NCBI GenBank assembly: GCA_964408485.1
Contig: CAYOZJ010000002.1
Location: 5,235-69,234 of the forward strand
Direction: 5' to 3'
DNA: 64,000 nt
DNA from: an uncultured Gammaproteobacteria bacterium
Lineage (GTDB): Bacteria > Patescibacteriota > Microgenomatia > Levybacterales > UBA12049
Each line of letters opens with the position of its first letter. Position 1 is the stretch's first letter. The position numbers and the translations under genes were made by a program. The notes under the pieces are model-generated. The model worked only from the letters and a program-made list of their open reading frames with translations, did not search any database and was not told the origin of the DNA. Shown piece after piece: positions 38,397 through 46,914 of the stretch.

Positions 38397-39764
38397 TTAT
38401 TGCTCGAATCGTATCCCTCTGCCTTTAACAGTGAGAATATGGATAGGTTTTGTGGGATCCTCTTCAATTTTCTTTCGAAGACGTAAGATGAGTTGGTCAA
38501 GTGCTTGCTCACTTACTCCAGATTGTGTTTTTGTGTCTGACCAAACAGTAGTAATAATTGTTTCTCGGTCAACAATGGTTCCTTGTTGTTTGAGAAGAAG
38601 TCGAAGTAAGCGAAACTCAGAAAACGTAAGCGTATCGGAGATAGGTTGTTCATCCTGATTGATTGTATTTGTTGATTCATCAAGCACAATTTTTGTAGAT
38701 ATATGTTTTGTGCTTTCTGTTTTTACATATTGTGCAAAAAGAGGAATGGTAATTTTTTGATTGTGAATAAGTCCAACGCTTTGAAGGAATTCGCTGGGGA
38801 GAGGGCAGTTGCCATTCTTGCAAAGCATGAGCATATCTTGTCTCTCATCTGGCGTTAGGAAGAGCCACAATTCCTTCAGTACTCCTTGGATGCCCTTTGT
38901 TCTGAGAAGAGATTTTTCAGTAGCACCGGCAAGAAGCGCTTCAAGCCCAAGCTTAGTGAGTTTGCCATGCCAGCCGGTAAGTGCAAGAAGCTTTTCAATG
39001 TATGACTCTGGTAATTTTTTCCCTGCAAGTTTTTCTAAGTAACGTAGGCGAAAGTCAAACCCAATGCGATCTTCAAGCTGTAGATAGATTGTGTTGTCCA
39101 CAACAAATTCATAAAAATCAGAAAAGATTTCTGGTTCAAGCATATCCTCCAGAGGACGTGTCGATGAGAAGACAATGGAAAAGGCATATTTTGCTCTGCT
39201 GCGAATGCTTCGCAAATTGTTAAAAAATTCTTCACTTGCCTGAGGGACAAAGGTTTCAAACCGGTCAAATAAAAAAATAATATGTAATTTTTTCTCAAGA
39301 GTTAGGTAATCAAATGCATCTTTAAGCTTCTGAAACAAAACCAACTCATCGTTATACGAAAGTGCTTCCTTAAAAAGCTTGTCTACCATTAAAAACTCTT
39401 CTTCTTTGCGTCTCTCATGCAGGCTAGATGCAAGCTCAAGAAAGAAGAATTTCATTATGTCAAAAAGAGACCTGTTTTTGATTTCTGAGAAATGAATTAA
39501 AACAAAATGATAGACCTCCTGCTTTGCCTCTCCTACATGGTGAATTCGTATATTTCTGTTATACGTTAATAAATTCAAGACAAAATTTCTTCCGGCTCCA
39601 GGCAGCGAGATAAGCTGAAGAGATTTACCAGCGTTAATTGCAGAAAAGATTTCTCCGATTTCTTTCTCGCGGGTAGTTGCCGGATAAAGAGATTCTAAGC
39701 GCTCCGCTTCATAATTGACTATTGAAGAGTGATTATTGACAATTGACCTGGATTTATTTTTCAT
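38397..39764 (-). CDS. Degenerate P-loop NTPase plus OmpR/PhoB-type winged-helix regulator (paralog 2)
   Basis: LT.SE.RLL…IVDRE.II..VW…ALDQ.I.RLRKKIE…TV.GRG; Walker A decayed (SLPGAGRN). Confidence 0.82.
   Translation of the reverse strand: MKNKSRSIVNNHSSIVNYEAERLESLYPATTREKEIGEIFSAINAGKSLQLISLPGAGRNFVLNLLTYNRNIRIHHVGEAKQEVYHFVLIHFSEIKNRSLFDIMKFFFLELASSLHERRKEEEFLMVDKLFKEALSYNDELVLFQKLKDAFDYLTLEKKLHIIFLFDRFETFVPQASEEFFNNLRSIRSRAKYAFSIVFSSTRPLEDMLEPEIFSDFYEFVVDNTIYLQLEDRIGFDFRLRYLEKLAGKKLPESYIEKLLALTGWHGKLTKLGLEALLAGATEKSLLRTKGIQGVLKELWLFLTPDERQDMLMLCKNGNCPLPSEFLQSVGLIHNQKITIPLFAQYVKTESTKHISTKIVLDESTNTINQDEQPISDTLTFSEFRLLRLLLKQQGTIVDRETIITTVWSDTKTQSGVSEQALDQLILRLRKKIEEDPTKPIHILTVKGRGIRFEQ
39714..39748. 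repeat. Heptamer array, left arm of the inverted repeat around the four-helix gene
   Basis: attgact attgaag agtgatt attgaca attgacc. Confidence 0.75.
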
Positions 39765-40116
39765 AGCTATTGCCCTTCGCTGTTTTAATAGAACTCACGA
39801 ATATCTTTACGATTTGAATTCCTTCATCAATCAAAATATCAAACTTTTTCCTCAATGACGGATTTATCTCAGCAAGCAGATCAAGCCAATAGACAGTTTC
39901 ATGTGCTTCCTTGCGACAAATATTTATTATATGTGTGAAGTCTAACTTTGTGTCTGCAAATATGGCCTCAGCATAGTTAGCTCCTATTGACGATACCGAT
40001 CTTATGAGCTGTTTTGCGAAAACAATGTTTTCCTGAGTTTTTGGAAGACTTCTTAATAAGAAAATAGTTTCTAGAACAAATTTTTTAATTCTTCCAGACA
40101 GCTCCTTACTTGTCAT
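39754..40116 (-). CDS. Four-helix-bundle protein (23S rRNA IVP/Avd-like family)
   Basis: QL.RS..SIGANY.EA, F…I..KEA.ET.YWL.LL. Confidence 0.9.
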   Translation of the reverse strand: MTSKELSGRIKKFVLETIFLLRSLPKTQENIVFAKQLIRSVSSIGANYAEAIFADTKLDFTHIINICRKEAHETVYWLDLLAEINPSLRKKFDILIDEGIQIVKIFVSSIKTAKGNSYEK

Positions 40117-40164
40117 AGTTACTTAATCATAATTTTTAACCTTTAATTAGTCAATTTATCCTAT

Positions 40165-40199
40165 GGTCAATAATCAATTGTAAATAATAAATAGTCAAT
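40165..40199. repeat. Heptamer array, right arm of the inverted repeat around the four-helix gene
   Basis: ggtcaat aatcaat tgtaaat aataaat agtcaat, plus an extra agtcaat at 40149. Confidence 0.75.
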
Positions 40200-40262
40200 T
40201 TCGTAATGGTTTTGTGAGGTAAATATCAAGGAAAAATCTTGAGTTAATTCTACAATACGCTC

Positions 40263-43200
40263 ATGAGTAATGCAGAATTGACACCAACTGGAGGAAGCAG
40301 GTACGATGGATATATGAGTGCAGGTACATCAACAGCCACAGCAGAAAGACCATCATCCTACCAAAGCGATGTAGCCCCAGCGCCGGTAAGTGAAGCAACA
40401 GCATCGCTTAAGGCAAATGCAGACACTGGGAGAGAAACTGGTGTGGAGCCTATTTCTGCTAAAACAGATGCGCTGCCGGAATTGACAGAAAGAGTAAACA
40501 AAGAGGGAAGAAGAAATCTTACCAGTAATGAGCTAATAAAAGTTGCAAATACTGTCCAAGGAAAGGCTTCGGCAGGAGATGTGATGGCTGATGCCGATTT
40601 TGTGTCGAATGCAGCAAAAATTCTTATTTATAATATTGAGTCTGATGTTGCAAATCACAATACAAATCAAGTCATGCTTGCAGAGTTTAAAGCCAACAAG
40701 ATTCCTGAGGCAGCAAAAGAGCTTGCAGAGGCAATAACAGTAATTAAAGCAAACGGTCAGCTAACGGAAAATGAAGATACAGGTGACAGATGGGAGAGAA
40801 TTAAACAGCAAGCGGGCCGTATTGCTGATTTGGCAAAGACGATCTCTTCGTATTATGAAAGAGCAAAACTTTCCAGAGAATATGACGATCCATTTAGGCA
40901 GGTTGTCTCATTTGAAGAATTGATGACCAGATTTAATATTACGCTTGATGATGATCGCTTTAAGTCGGGTGGGGACTTTTCTCTTATCGACATTAATGAA
41001 TATGAAGATCAATTTGGACGGCAAATGTCCGATGAAACAGCACATCCAGAAAATTTCTACCGCTGGGTTATGGAGCGGGCAGAGTTTTACCATGACTTTG
41101 ATCCCATGGCGCCGGTTGATCTTTTTCAAGGAATGTACATCGTAGCAGGCTCAAGAAAAATTCCTATGTATGAAATGTTAGTTGATTTTAATTCATACTT
41201 TGCTCACCGGGTAAAAACAAAAGGAGAGTTAAAGGTTTTGGAATCAGATTTGGATCGTGCAGAAAAAGCAGGAACATATGAGTCAATGGCAGTAATAGAA
41301 GGGGGGAGAGAGGTCTTAAAAACGGATCCTTATGATCAGAAAGCGCTTGGTCGTTACAAAAATGTTGAGATTATTGATGAGGAAACGGGTGAGAAGAAGA
41401 CTGTAGATGTATATGTTAGTCCAGTTCCTGAAGAAGATCAGGAAAGGCATGTACGAGTTTTGCCAGTGTATTACTACAACGATAAAGGTAAGCTTATGCC
41501 AGTGCGAGAATGGTTGCAAAGTAAAGAACAGTGGGACACAATTCCGCCAAAAGATCCAAGAGCAAAAGAATTTGAAAATGCGCAGGAAGAAATTATGTAT
41601 CAGCTATGGCTTCAGACAAAAAGTCATAATGCAGACGTGAATTATCGACAAAAGGGTATGCCAAGTGAGACTCCATTAAAAGACGTTATGGCAGAAATTT
41701 ACAGTGATAATATTTGGACACGTACGCATCGAAGAATTGCTGGCATTTTAGACATGCCTGCCTCAACGTATAGAGGTGACGTAGATGAAAATGGCAAGCC
41801 CATTAACGAAGCTGCAATGAAGTGGAAAGGCAAAGATATAGGACAAGGAACTTTGGGAAAAGCATTCCAGAGGTCTTTAGCTGCGTATTATCATATTGCA
41901 GAAGCAAATGCAGAGTATAACAAATACAATACTGAAGGATTTAATCCCTTTTTTAACATATTAGAAAGACGGGCAAATGAGGGAAAAGGAGAACTTGAAG
42001 TAAATGGAGGAGAGATTTTTTACAAAGCACTTATTGGGAGACTTCTTACAAATAAAGATGATACTCAATTCGATGAAGGGAACTTAAGCTATAGATTCGA
42101 TAAAAAACATCCAGAAAGTAGTTTTGTAGAGGCTGAATTTTTGGCAGAAATTAATAATATTCGCGTCCCAATAAAAGACGGTACAACGCGAGCGAGATTT
42201 GCTTGGGAAAAAGCAGAATTGGCAGATTTGCTTATGCATAATCGCGCAGATTTTTTGACCACCTCAAACGAGGGAAGAAGTAGGTCTATAACGTCAGGAG
42301 CTCTCGCAGAAGTGGAAAGAATAATACGTGAAAGATACGCAGAAAAAAGAGATGAAAACGGAAATGTTATTCAGGTAGCAAATAGAGAAAGGTTGCAACA
42401 ATTACAAATATTTCTTGACTCATTTAATAAGTCAAATAATTCAGATCAAAGAAGAGGAGATTTTCTTGATATGGTGAAAAAAAGGGTTAGACCAGGTAGT
42501 AGTGAGAGTGATGTTGATGCGTATAATAGGACAGAAAAAGCTTTCAGGGACGATGCTTCGCTAAAAAACCTTTCAGGTTTTGCTGTTGCCATGTTTGTTA
42601 GGTCATTTGATGGAAATAAGGATTTTACTGCCGGTATTAATCCGTATGAGAATATTCGCTATTCCTTAGATGCAAGAGAATTAATGCGAGGCGCAATGCG
42701 CGATACAATTTCCTACACAGAAAAGTTAGACGATCATGATGCATTGTGGGCAGAGGAATGGGCATATACCTTCACATTCCATACTGGCATTTCAGCAAGA
42801 AATGATATGCAGGGAATTGGGCATGATGCATGGTCGAAAGTAATCAATACAGAATTTTACCGTTTGCGTCAGTCTGGCGGTGGTAATTATTTGGGGAATA
42901 AAGATAATTTATATGGTATTCATCGGCTTGGGACTGACTTTTGGCAAGGATTAAAGGTGCGAGAGAAAGGATCAAATGAATACGGGAAAAATTTGTATGA
43001 AATTCTTGTTGGTTTAGAAAATGTAACGGATTCAAAAGGGAACGTAATAGGTCATAGAATGAATCTAAATAAAGATGTGAAAAAATTTGAATTTGCAGGA
43101 AATGCAATGCGCCAATTCTATGCGGATCATGTAAGTCATGCTGTTGATATGTTTATTGATATTACTCAAAAGCAGGAATTTAACCTGGATAAATTACTGC

Positions 43201-43838
43201 ATAGAGATCAATTGGGACGAATGACATGGAATAATGAAGAAATGCAGAAAATGATTGATTCAACATGGAAACATATGCGATATGGTTTTGATAATAATGG
43301 ATTTTTGTATGACAATACTGTCTACGGGTGGCTGTATGACGAGACTATTAATGCTCATGGTCAAGTATCACGAAAGCCTCACTTTGGCTTTATGACACTT
43401 CGGGAGTCTATGTTTAGTAAAAAAGTACGTGAAATGGGAATGTATAACAGGCATGATGTGTCGGGTTGGGCTGCAAATCAATACAAATCAAAAATGGGAC
43501 GTAATGTTTTTGCATACCTTATTGCAGCGCAGCTTCGCGAGCATACACGAATGGCAGGGGGGTATAAACTTTATTCTGCAGAAGATGTTGAACACATTGC
43601 TCATGCATTCATGGAGTATGCCGCTCGTGTGATGCAGGGACAAGATGGTGAGGCGATTGTGCTATCTGGATTCTTTACGCCAGAGGAAATGATGAAGATC
43701 TTGGTAACAGGCCACGCAATTCTCTGGGCGCTCTGGATGCGTGAATATAGAGATGCATTCACAGGAGGATTCTTGTTTGGTTTTTTTGAAGCATTAGGCC
43801 TTGTCATGAAACAAGCAGGGGCAGGAATAAAGTTTTAA
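40263..43838 (+). CDS. Large hypothetical protein (1191 aa) with C-terminal hydrophobic segment
   Basis: Long uninterrupted ORF; TACAAT 6 nt before ATG; no recognised domain. Confidence 0.85.
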   Translation: MSNAELTPTGGSRYDGYMSAGTSTATAERPSSYQSDVAPAPVSEATASLKANADTGRETGVEPISAKTDALPELTERVNKEGRRNLTSNELIKVANTVQGKASAGDVMADADFVSNAAKILIYNIESDVANHNTNQVMLAEFKANKIPEAAKELAEAITVIKANGQLTENEDTGDRWERIKQQAGRIADLAKTISSYYERAKLSREYDDPFRQVVSFEELMTRFNITLDDDRFKSGGDFSLIDINEYEDQFGRQMSDETAHPENFYRWVMERAEFYHDFDPMAPVDLFQGMYIVAGSRKIPMYEMLVDFNSYFAHRVKTKGELKVLESDLDRAEKAGTYESMAVIEGGREVLKTDPYDQKALGRYKNVEIIDEETGEKKTVDVYVSPVPEEDQERHVRVLPVYYYNDKGKLMPVREWLQSKEQWDTIPPKDPRAKEFENAQEEIMYQLWLQTKSHNADVNYRQKGMPSETPLKDVMAEIYSDNIWTRTHRRIAGILDMPASTYRGDVDENGKPINEAAMKWKGKDIGQGTLGKAFQRSLAAYYHIAEANAEYNKYNTEGFNPFFNILERRANEGKGELEVNGGEIFYKALIGRLLTNKDDTQFDEGNLSYRFDKKHPESSFVEAEFLAEINNIRVPIKDGTTRARFAWEKAELADLLMHNRADFLTTSNEGRSRSITSGALAEVERIIRERYAEKRDENGNVIQVANRERLQQLQIFLDSFNKSNNSDQRRGDFLDMVKKRVRPGSSESDVDAYNRTEKAFRDDASLKNLSGFAVAMFVRSFDGNKDFTAGINPYENIRYSLDARELMRGAMRDTISYTEKLDDHDALWAEEWAYTFTFHTGISARNDMQGIGHDAWSKVINTEFYRLRQSGGGNYLGNKDNLYGIHRLGTDFWQGLKVREKGSNEYGKNLYEILVGLENVTDSKGNVIGHRMNLNKDVKKFEFAGNAMRQFYADHVSHAVDMFIDITQKQEFNLDKLLHRDQLGRMTWNNEEMQKMIDSTWKHMRYGFDNNGFLYDNTVYGWLYDETINAHGQVSRKPHFGFMTLRESMFSKKVREMGMYNRHDVSGWAANQYKSKMGRNVFAYLIAAQLREHTRMAGGYKLYSAEDVEHIAHAFMEYAARVMQGQDGEAIVLSGFFTPEEMMKILVTGHAILWALWMREYRDAFTGGFLFGFFEALGLVMKQAGAGIKF

Positions 43839-45647
43839 CTATTTATTAAGACCTGGTTCGTTTTCTCCAGCAAGTTTTCTCATCTTACCAAATGGCGTAG
43901 GGATATTCATAAACCACTTTCGCAATCCTCCTTCACTCAAGCCTCGCACAGTATCTTGATGTCTGGTAAGTCTTTTCCATGGCTGACTGACAATACTACT
44001 GTATGCTTGGGTTCCTTGAGCCAACATTTGTCCAACTCCTGGTAAGTATTTAATATCCGGAGCCTTTAGAGCGTCTTGAAGCATGGTGAGCGCTTGAGGT
44101 AGAAGCAAGATAATGCCAAACCCAATAAGCGGTCCCATAAATTGACTTACCCCATTTGGGACACCAATAAGAGGTGGAACAAAGCCTGTTTTACTTTGCA
44201 GATAGACATCTGAAATAACTCGTCCGAGTAAAATAATACCTATTGCATAGGGAAAAACAAGGCTATACGCAAGCAAGTGACGAAGCCAATTGTCAAAGTT
44301 AATAGAAGTACCGGGTAATACGCCAAGCAAAATAAAGAACGGTCCTAATATCGCATAGAGGAGGAAAAGAACATATGATTTTAAAAGCGAAAAGTACATG
44401 CGAAGAAGCGCGAAAAGAAGCGCAAAAGCAAAAATAAAGAAAGCAACAATACCAGCAATACTGGATATGCCATCAGTAAAGCCGTTTTTAATACATGATA
44501 CTAAGGGTGAATCGGCGGCATTTGTTGCGAGCTGAACAGCTCCAGCAACATGATTGCCAAAAATAAGGTTAGCAACTGCACCGAAATTGCCCAGAATTGG
44601 CTGTGCAACAGCATTTCCTATTGCTTGGGGAACCGAAGCGGGAAGAGCCAAAACCCTTAGCGGAAGAGGAAGGAAGCCGAATGCTCCCTGGCTTCCCAAT
44701 AATTGTTGAGGTGCATTACCAATTGATCCCAAAAAGCAAGGAATAATGCCAGGAAGTGCCATCCAGCCTGCATTTTGCACAAGAGCCTGAGCGAGTCCGA
44801 CATTTATGTCGTAAATTGATGCGGCAGGTTGTACAATCATTCCCAAAATGCCACCTGTATAGACAGTGTCCAGAAATGTAATAGGATTGGTAGAGATATT
44901 TGCTGTCATCAACGCAGGTTGCAGCGCTGGATCAAGTGTTGAAAAAAGATTAATAGTAATAAATGTCGCAAGCCACATAATATCGATAACAAATCCGGCA
45001 ATTGCATAAGAAAATGTTACAAGAATCAATGCGACAATAATCTTTGGAATCTGATTTTCAATTGTCATAACTGTACGTGGATCTATTTTTGCCCGAAGCA
45101 TAATCGCAAATCCCACAACAACAAAAACAATAACAAATAATAAGTATGCAACATTGCGAAATGCAAGCCAAAGCTTCATAACTGGTGCCAACTGATCAAA
45201 TCCTGTGCCTGATGCTGCATTTGCACTTTTTACTGCGCCAAAATTTCCTGCAACATAGCTGACATAATTACCAACATGGAATTGTGGCGGACTGAAAAGA
45301 AGAGCAATGCCAGAGTTGGTGAGACCGAGAAGACCTTGATTTGTTGTTGTAGCGCGAGTTAACTGTCCTGTTTTGGAATTGTACCCAAGACATCCTTGCT
45401 GAGGACTGGTGACATCTCGTCCATCGATTGCACAACTTGCAAAAGAGAGAAATCCCCACATGACGCCTTGTGCTAGATTGCTTACCGTTGGGGCAACAGT
45501 ATTGTCAAAAGAGTTTGTTGCGGTTTGAGTATTAACTGGAATTTCTTGTTGGGCATAAACCTTGGAAGGTAAAAAGGAATAGACACTAGATAGTATAAGA
45601 AGCAAAAGTACGCCAATTGCACTAAAAAACCGGGCAGAAAAATGCAT
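43839..45647 (-). CDS. VirB6-like polytopic membrane protein
   Basis: W..FRN.AY…GF.IM.R.KIDP.TV.TI…IPK…L.L.TFSYAIAG..ID; ..ILGP…PG pattern of CPR VirB6-like proteins. Confidence 0.72.
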   Translation of the reverse strand: MHFSARFFSAIGVLLLLILSSVYSFLPSKVYAQQEIPVNTQTATNSFDNTVAPTVSNLAQGVMWGFLSFASCAIDGRDVTSPQQGCLGYNSKTGQLTRATTTNQGLLGLTNSGIALLFSPPQFHVGNYVSYVAGNFGAVKSANAASGTGFDQLAPVMKLWLAFRNVAYLLFVIVFVVVGFAIMLRAKIDPRTVMTIENQIPKIIVALILVTFSYAIAGFVIDIMWLATFITINLFSTLDPALQPALMTANISTNPITFLDTVYTGGILGMIVQPAASIYDINVGLAQALVQNAGWMALPGIIPCFLGSIGNAPQQLLGSQGAFGFLPLPLRVLALPASVPQAIGNAVAQPILGNFGAVANLIFGNHVAGAVQLATNAADSPLVSCIKNGFTDGISSIAGIVAFFIFAFALLFALLRMYFSLLKSYVLFLLYAILGPFFILLGVLPGTSINFDNWLRHLLAYSLVFPYAIGIILLGRVISDVYLQSKTGFVPPLIGVPNGVSQFMGPLIGFGIILLLPQALTMLQDALKAPDIKYLPGVGQMLAQGTQAYSSIVSQPWKRLTRHQDTVRGLSEGGLRKWFMNIPTPFGKMRKLAGENEPGLNK

Positions 45648-45695
45648 ATTTCCAGTGTGGAAGATTTTAAAAGGAAAGTCAAGATTAATGAGATA

Positions 45696-45803
45696 AATCT
45701 AGCGGAGAGGACGGGATTCGGTCACAAGTTGTCGCTGCGGCGACCCTCGCGATCCCGCCTCCCTCGCTTTGCTCAGTCCGGCATTCGAATCCCGAGAATT
45801 AAT
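45696..45803 (-). repeat. tRNA-Ser 3'-end duplication with intervening structured element
   Basis: 25-bp AATCTAGCGGAGAGGACGGGATTCG at 45696 and 45804; CGGGATTCG/CGAATCCCG inverted repeat at 45712/45786. Confidence 0.8.
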
Positions 45804-45810
45804 AATCTAG

Positions 45811-45898
45811 CGGAGAGGACGGGATTCGAACCCGTGATGCTCTTGCGAACATACACGCTTTCCAAGCGTGCGCACTAGACCAACTATGCGACCTCTCC
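45811..45898 (-). tRNA. tRNA-Ser(GGA)
   Basis: GGAGAGG/CCTCTCC-G73, anticodon arm CACGC-TTGGAAA-GCGTG, long variable arm, GTTCGAATC; CCA not encoded. Confidence 0.96.
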
Positions 45899-45908
45899 TT
45901 GTCGAAAA

Positions 45909-46337
45909 CTACATTATCTGTTTTATTTTCTGTTGTGCTTCTTGCCAGACCTTTTTGTCTCCTGTAAATGTTAATCTTTTTTCTACTTCAATTTCTGGTA
46001 GCCATTCAACCTTTTCCATTTCCCATCCATGATCTGCTACATCTCCGGACTCGTATCTCATTAGAAAATATTGAACTCGTTTGTGGCGTTTTTCCCCTTC
46101 GAAACTATACCAAAAGGCAATTGGAGACAGTTTTTCTAAAATCTTACCGGTTATTCCTGTTTCTTCCTGTACCTCTCGAATTGCTGCTTCTTCCGGTGTC
46201 TCGCCCTGAATAGTATCTCCAACATGACCTTTTGGGAAAACCCATCCATGATGTCCCGAATGCTGAGAAACAAGAATGGTCATATTGCCATTTTGTAACC
46301 AAAAAACTATTCCTCCAGCTGAAAATTCTTCTTTCAT
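45909..46337 (-). CDS. NUDIX hydrolase
   Basis: W.FPKGH…GET.EEAA.REV.EETG. Confidence 0.93.
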   Translation of the reverse strand: MKEEFSAGGIVFWLQNGNMTILVSQHSGHHGWVFPKGHVGDTIQGETPEEAAIREVQEETGITGKILEKLSPIAFWYSFEGEKRHKRVQYFLMRYESGDVADHGWEMEKVEWLPEIEVEKRLTFTGDKKVWQEAQQKIKQIM

Positions 46338-46442
46338 TATCAGTATTCTAAAAGGTAAATATCAAGAAAATAGCCTTAATATATCCTAGAATAGCCTTGC
46401 TATTATACCGTATTTATATTTAGCTTGCAGGAAGGAATGAAA

Positions 46443-46913
46443 ATGAATTATAGTAACAATATGGATATGCAAGAAGAAGTGAAGCTAGTGGAGAAAGAAT
46501 TGGTTGAGCTTATTATCGAGCACCTTAAGGTGAATCGTATTGCTGTGGAGACTGCTCGTCAGCAAGCAAAGGATTTTTTAGCACTTTTACCAATCAATGA
46601 TCAGAAAGATTTACTTAGCAAACTAAAAGGACTTTCTGAGAAATATGAAGAAGCAAAAGAAGTGTATGCTGTGGAAATTGGAAAAGTGTATGAAGGAGCA
46701 CGTATACAGGCACTTGGGCAAATGAGAAATTATATTCAAGCGGGCAACATGGATGCAGCAATTGCAGCTGCAAAATCTCTTTACCCGCAAAAACAAGAAG
46801 ATCAACAGCAACCAGGGGAATCATCAGCCCCAGTTGTAAATCAGCAAGATGCTCAGCAAGTTCCAACGCAAGAAATAAGCGTTCAGCAATTAGAACAGAA
46901 AGGAAGTGCTTAA
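46443..46913 (+). CDS. Hypothetical helical protein with Gln-rich tail
   Basis: Clean ORF with SD-like GGAAGG; start uncertain (46425-46461). Confidence 0.75.
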   Translation: MNYSNNMDMQEEVKLVEKELVELIIEHLKVNRIAVETARQQAKDFLALLPINDQKDLLSKLKGLSEKYEEAKEVYAVEIGKVYEGARIQALGQMRNYIQAGNMDAAIAAAKSLYPQKQEDQQQPGESSAPVVNQQDAQQVPTQEISVQQLEQKGSA

Positions 46914-46914
46914 G

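Noticed and set aside
39754-40116. Avd-like gene as a sign of a diversity-generating retroelement
   Set aside because: No reverse transcriptase and no TR/VR pair with adenine-specific mismatches was seen in the window.
28260-45828. T4SS region as an ICE integrated at tRNA-Ser(GGA)
   Set aside because: The tRNA duplication spans only 108 bp, no matching att was seen near dnaN, and there is no integrase or relaxase.
45642-45878. 78-aa ORF with repeated NLAERTGF
   Set aside because: Antisense translation of tRNA-Ser and its 3' duplication.
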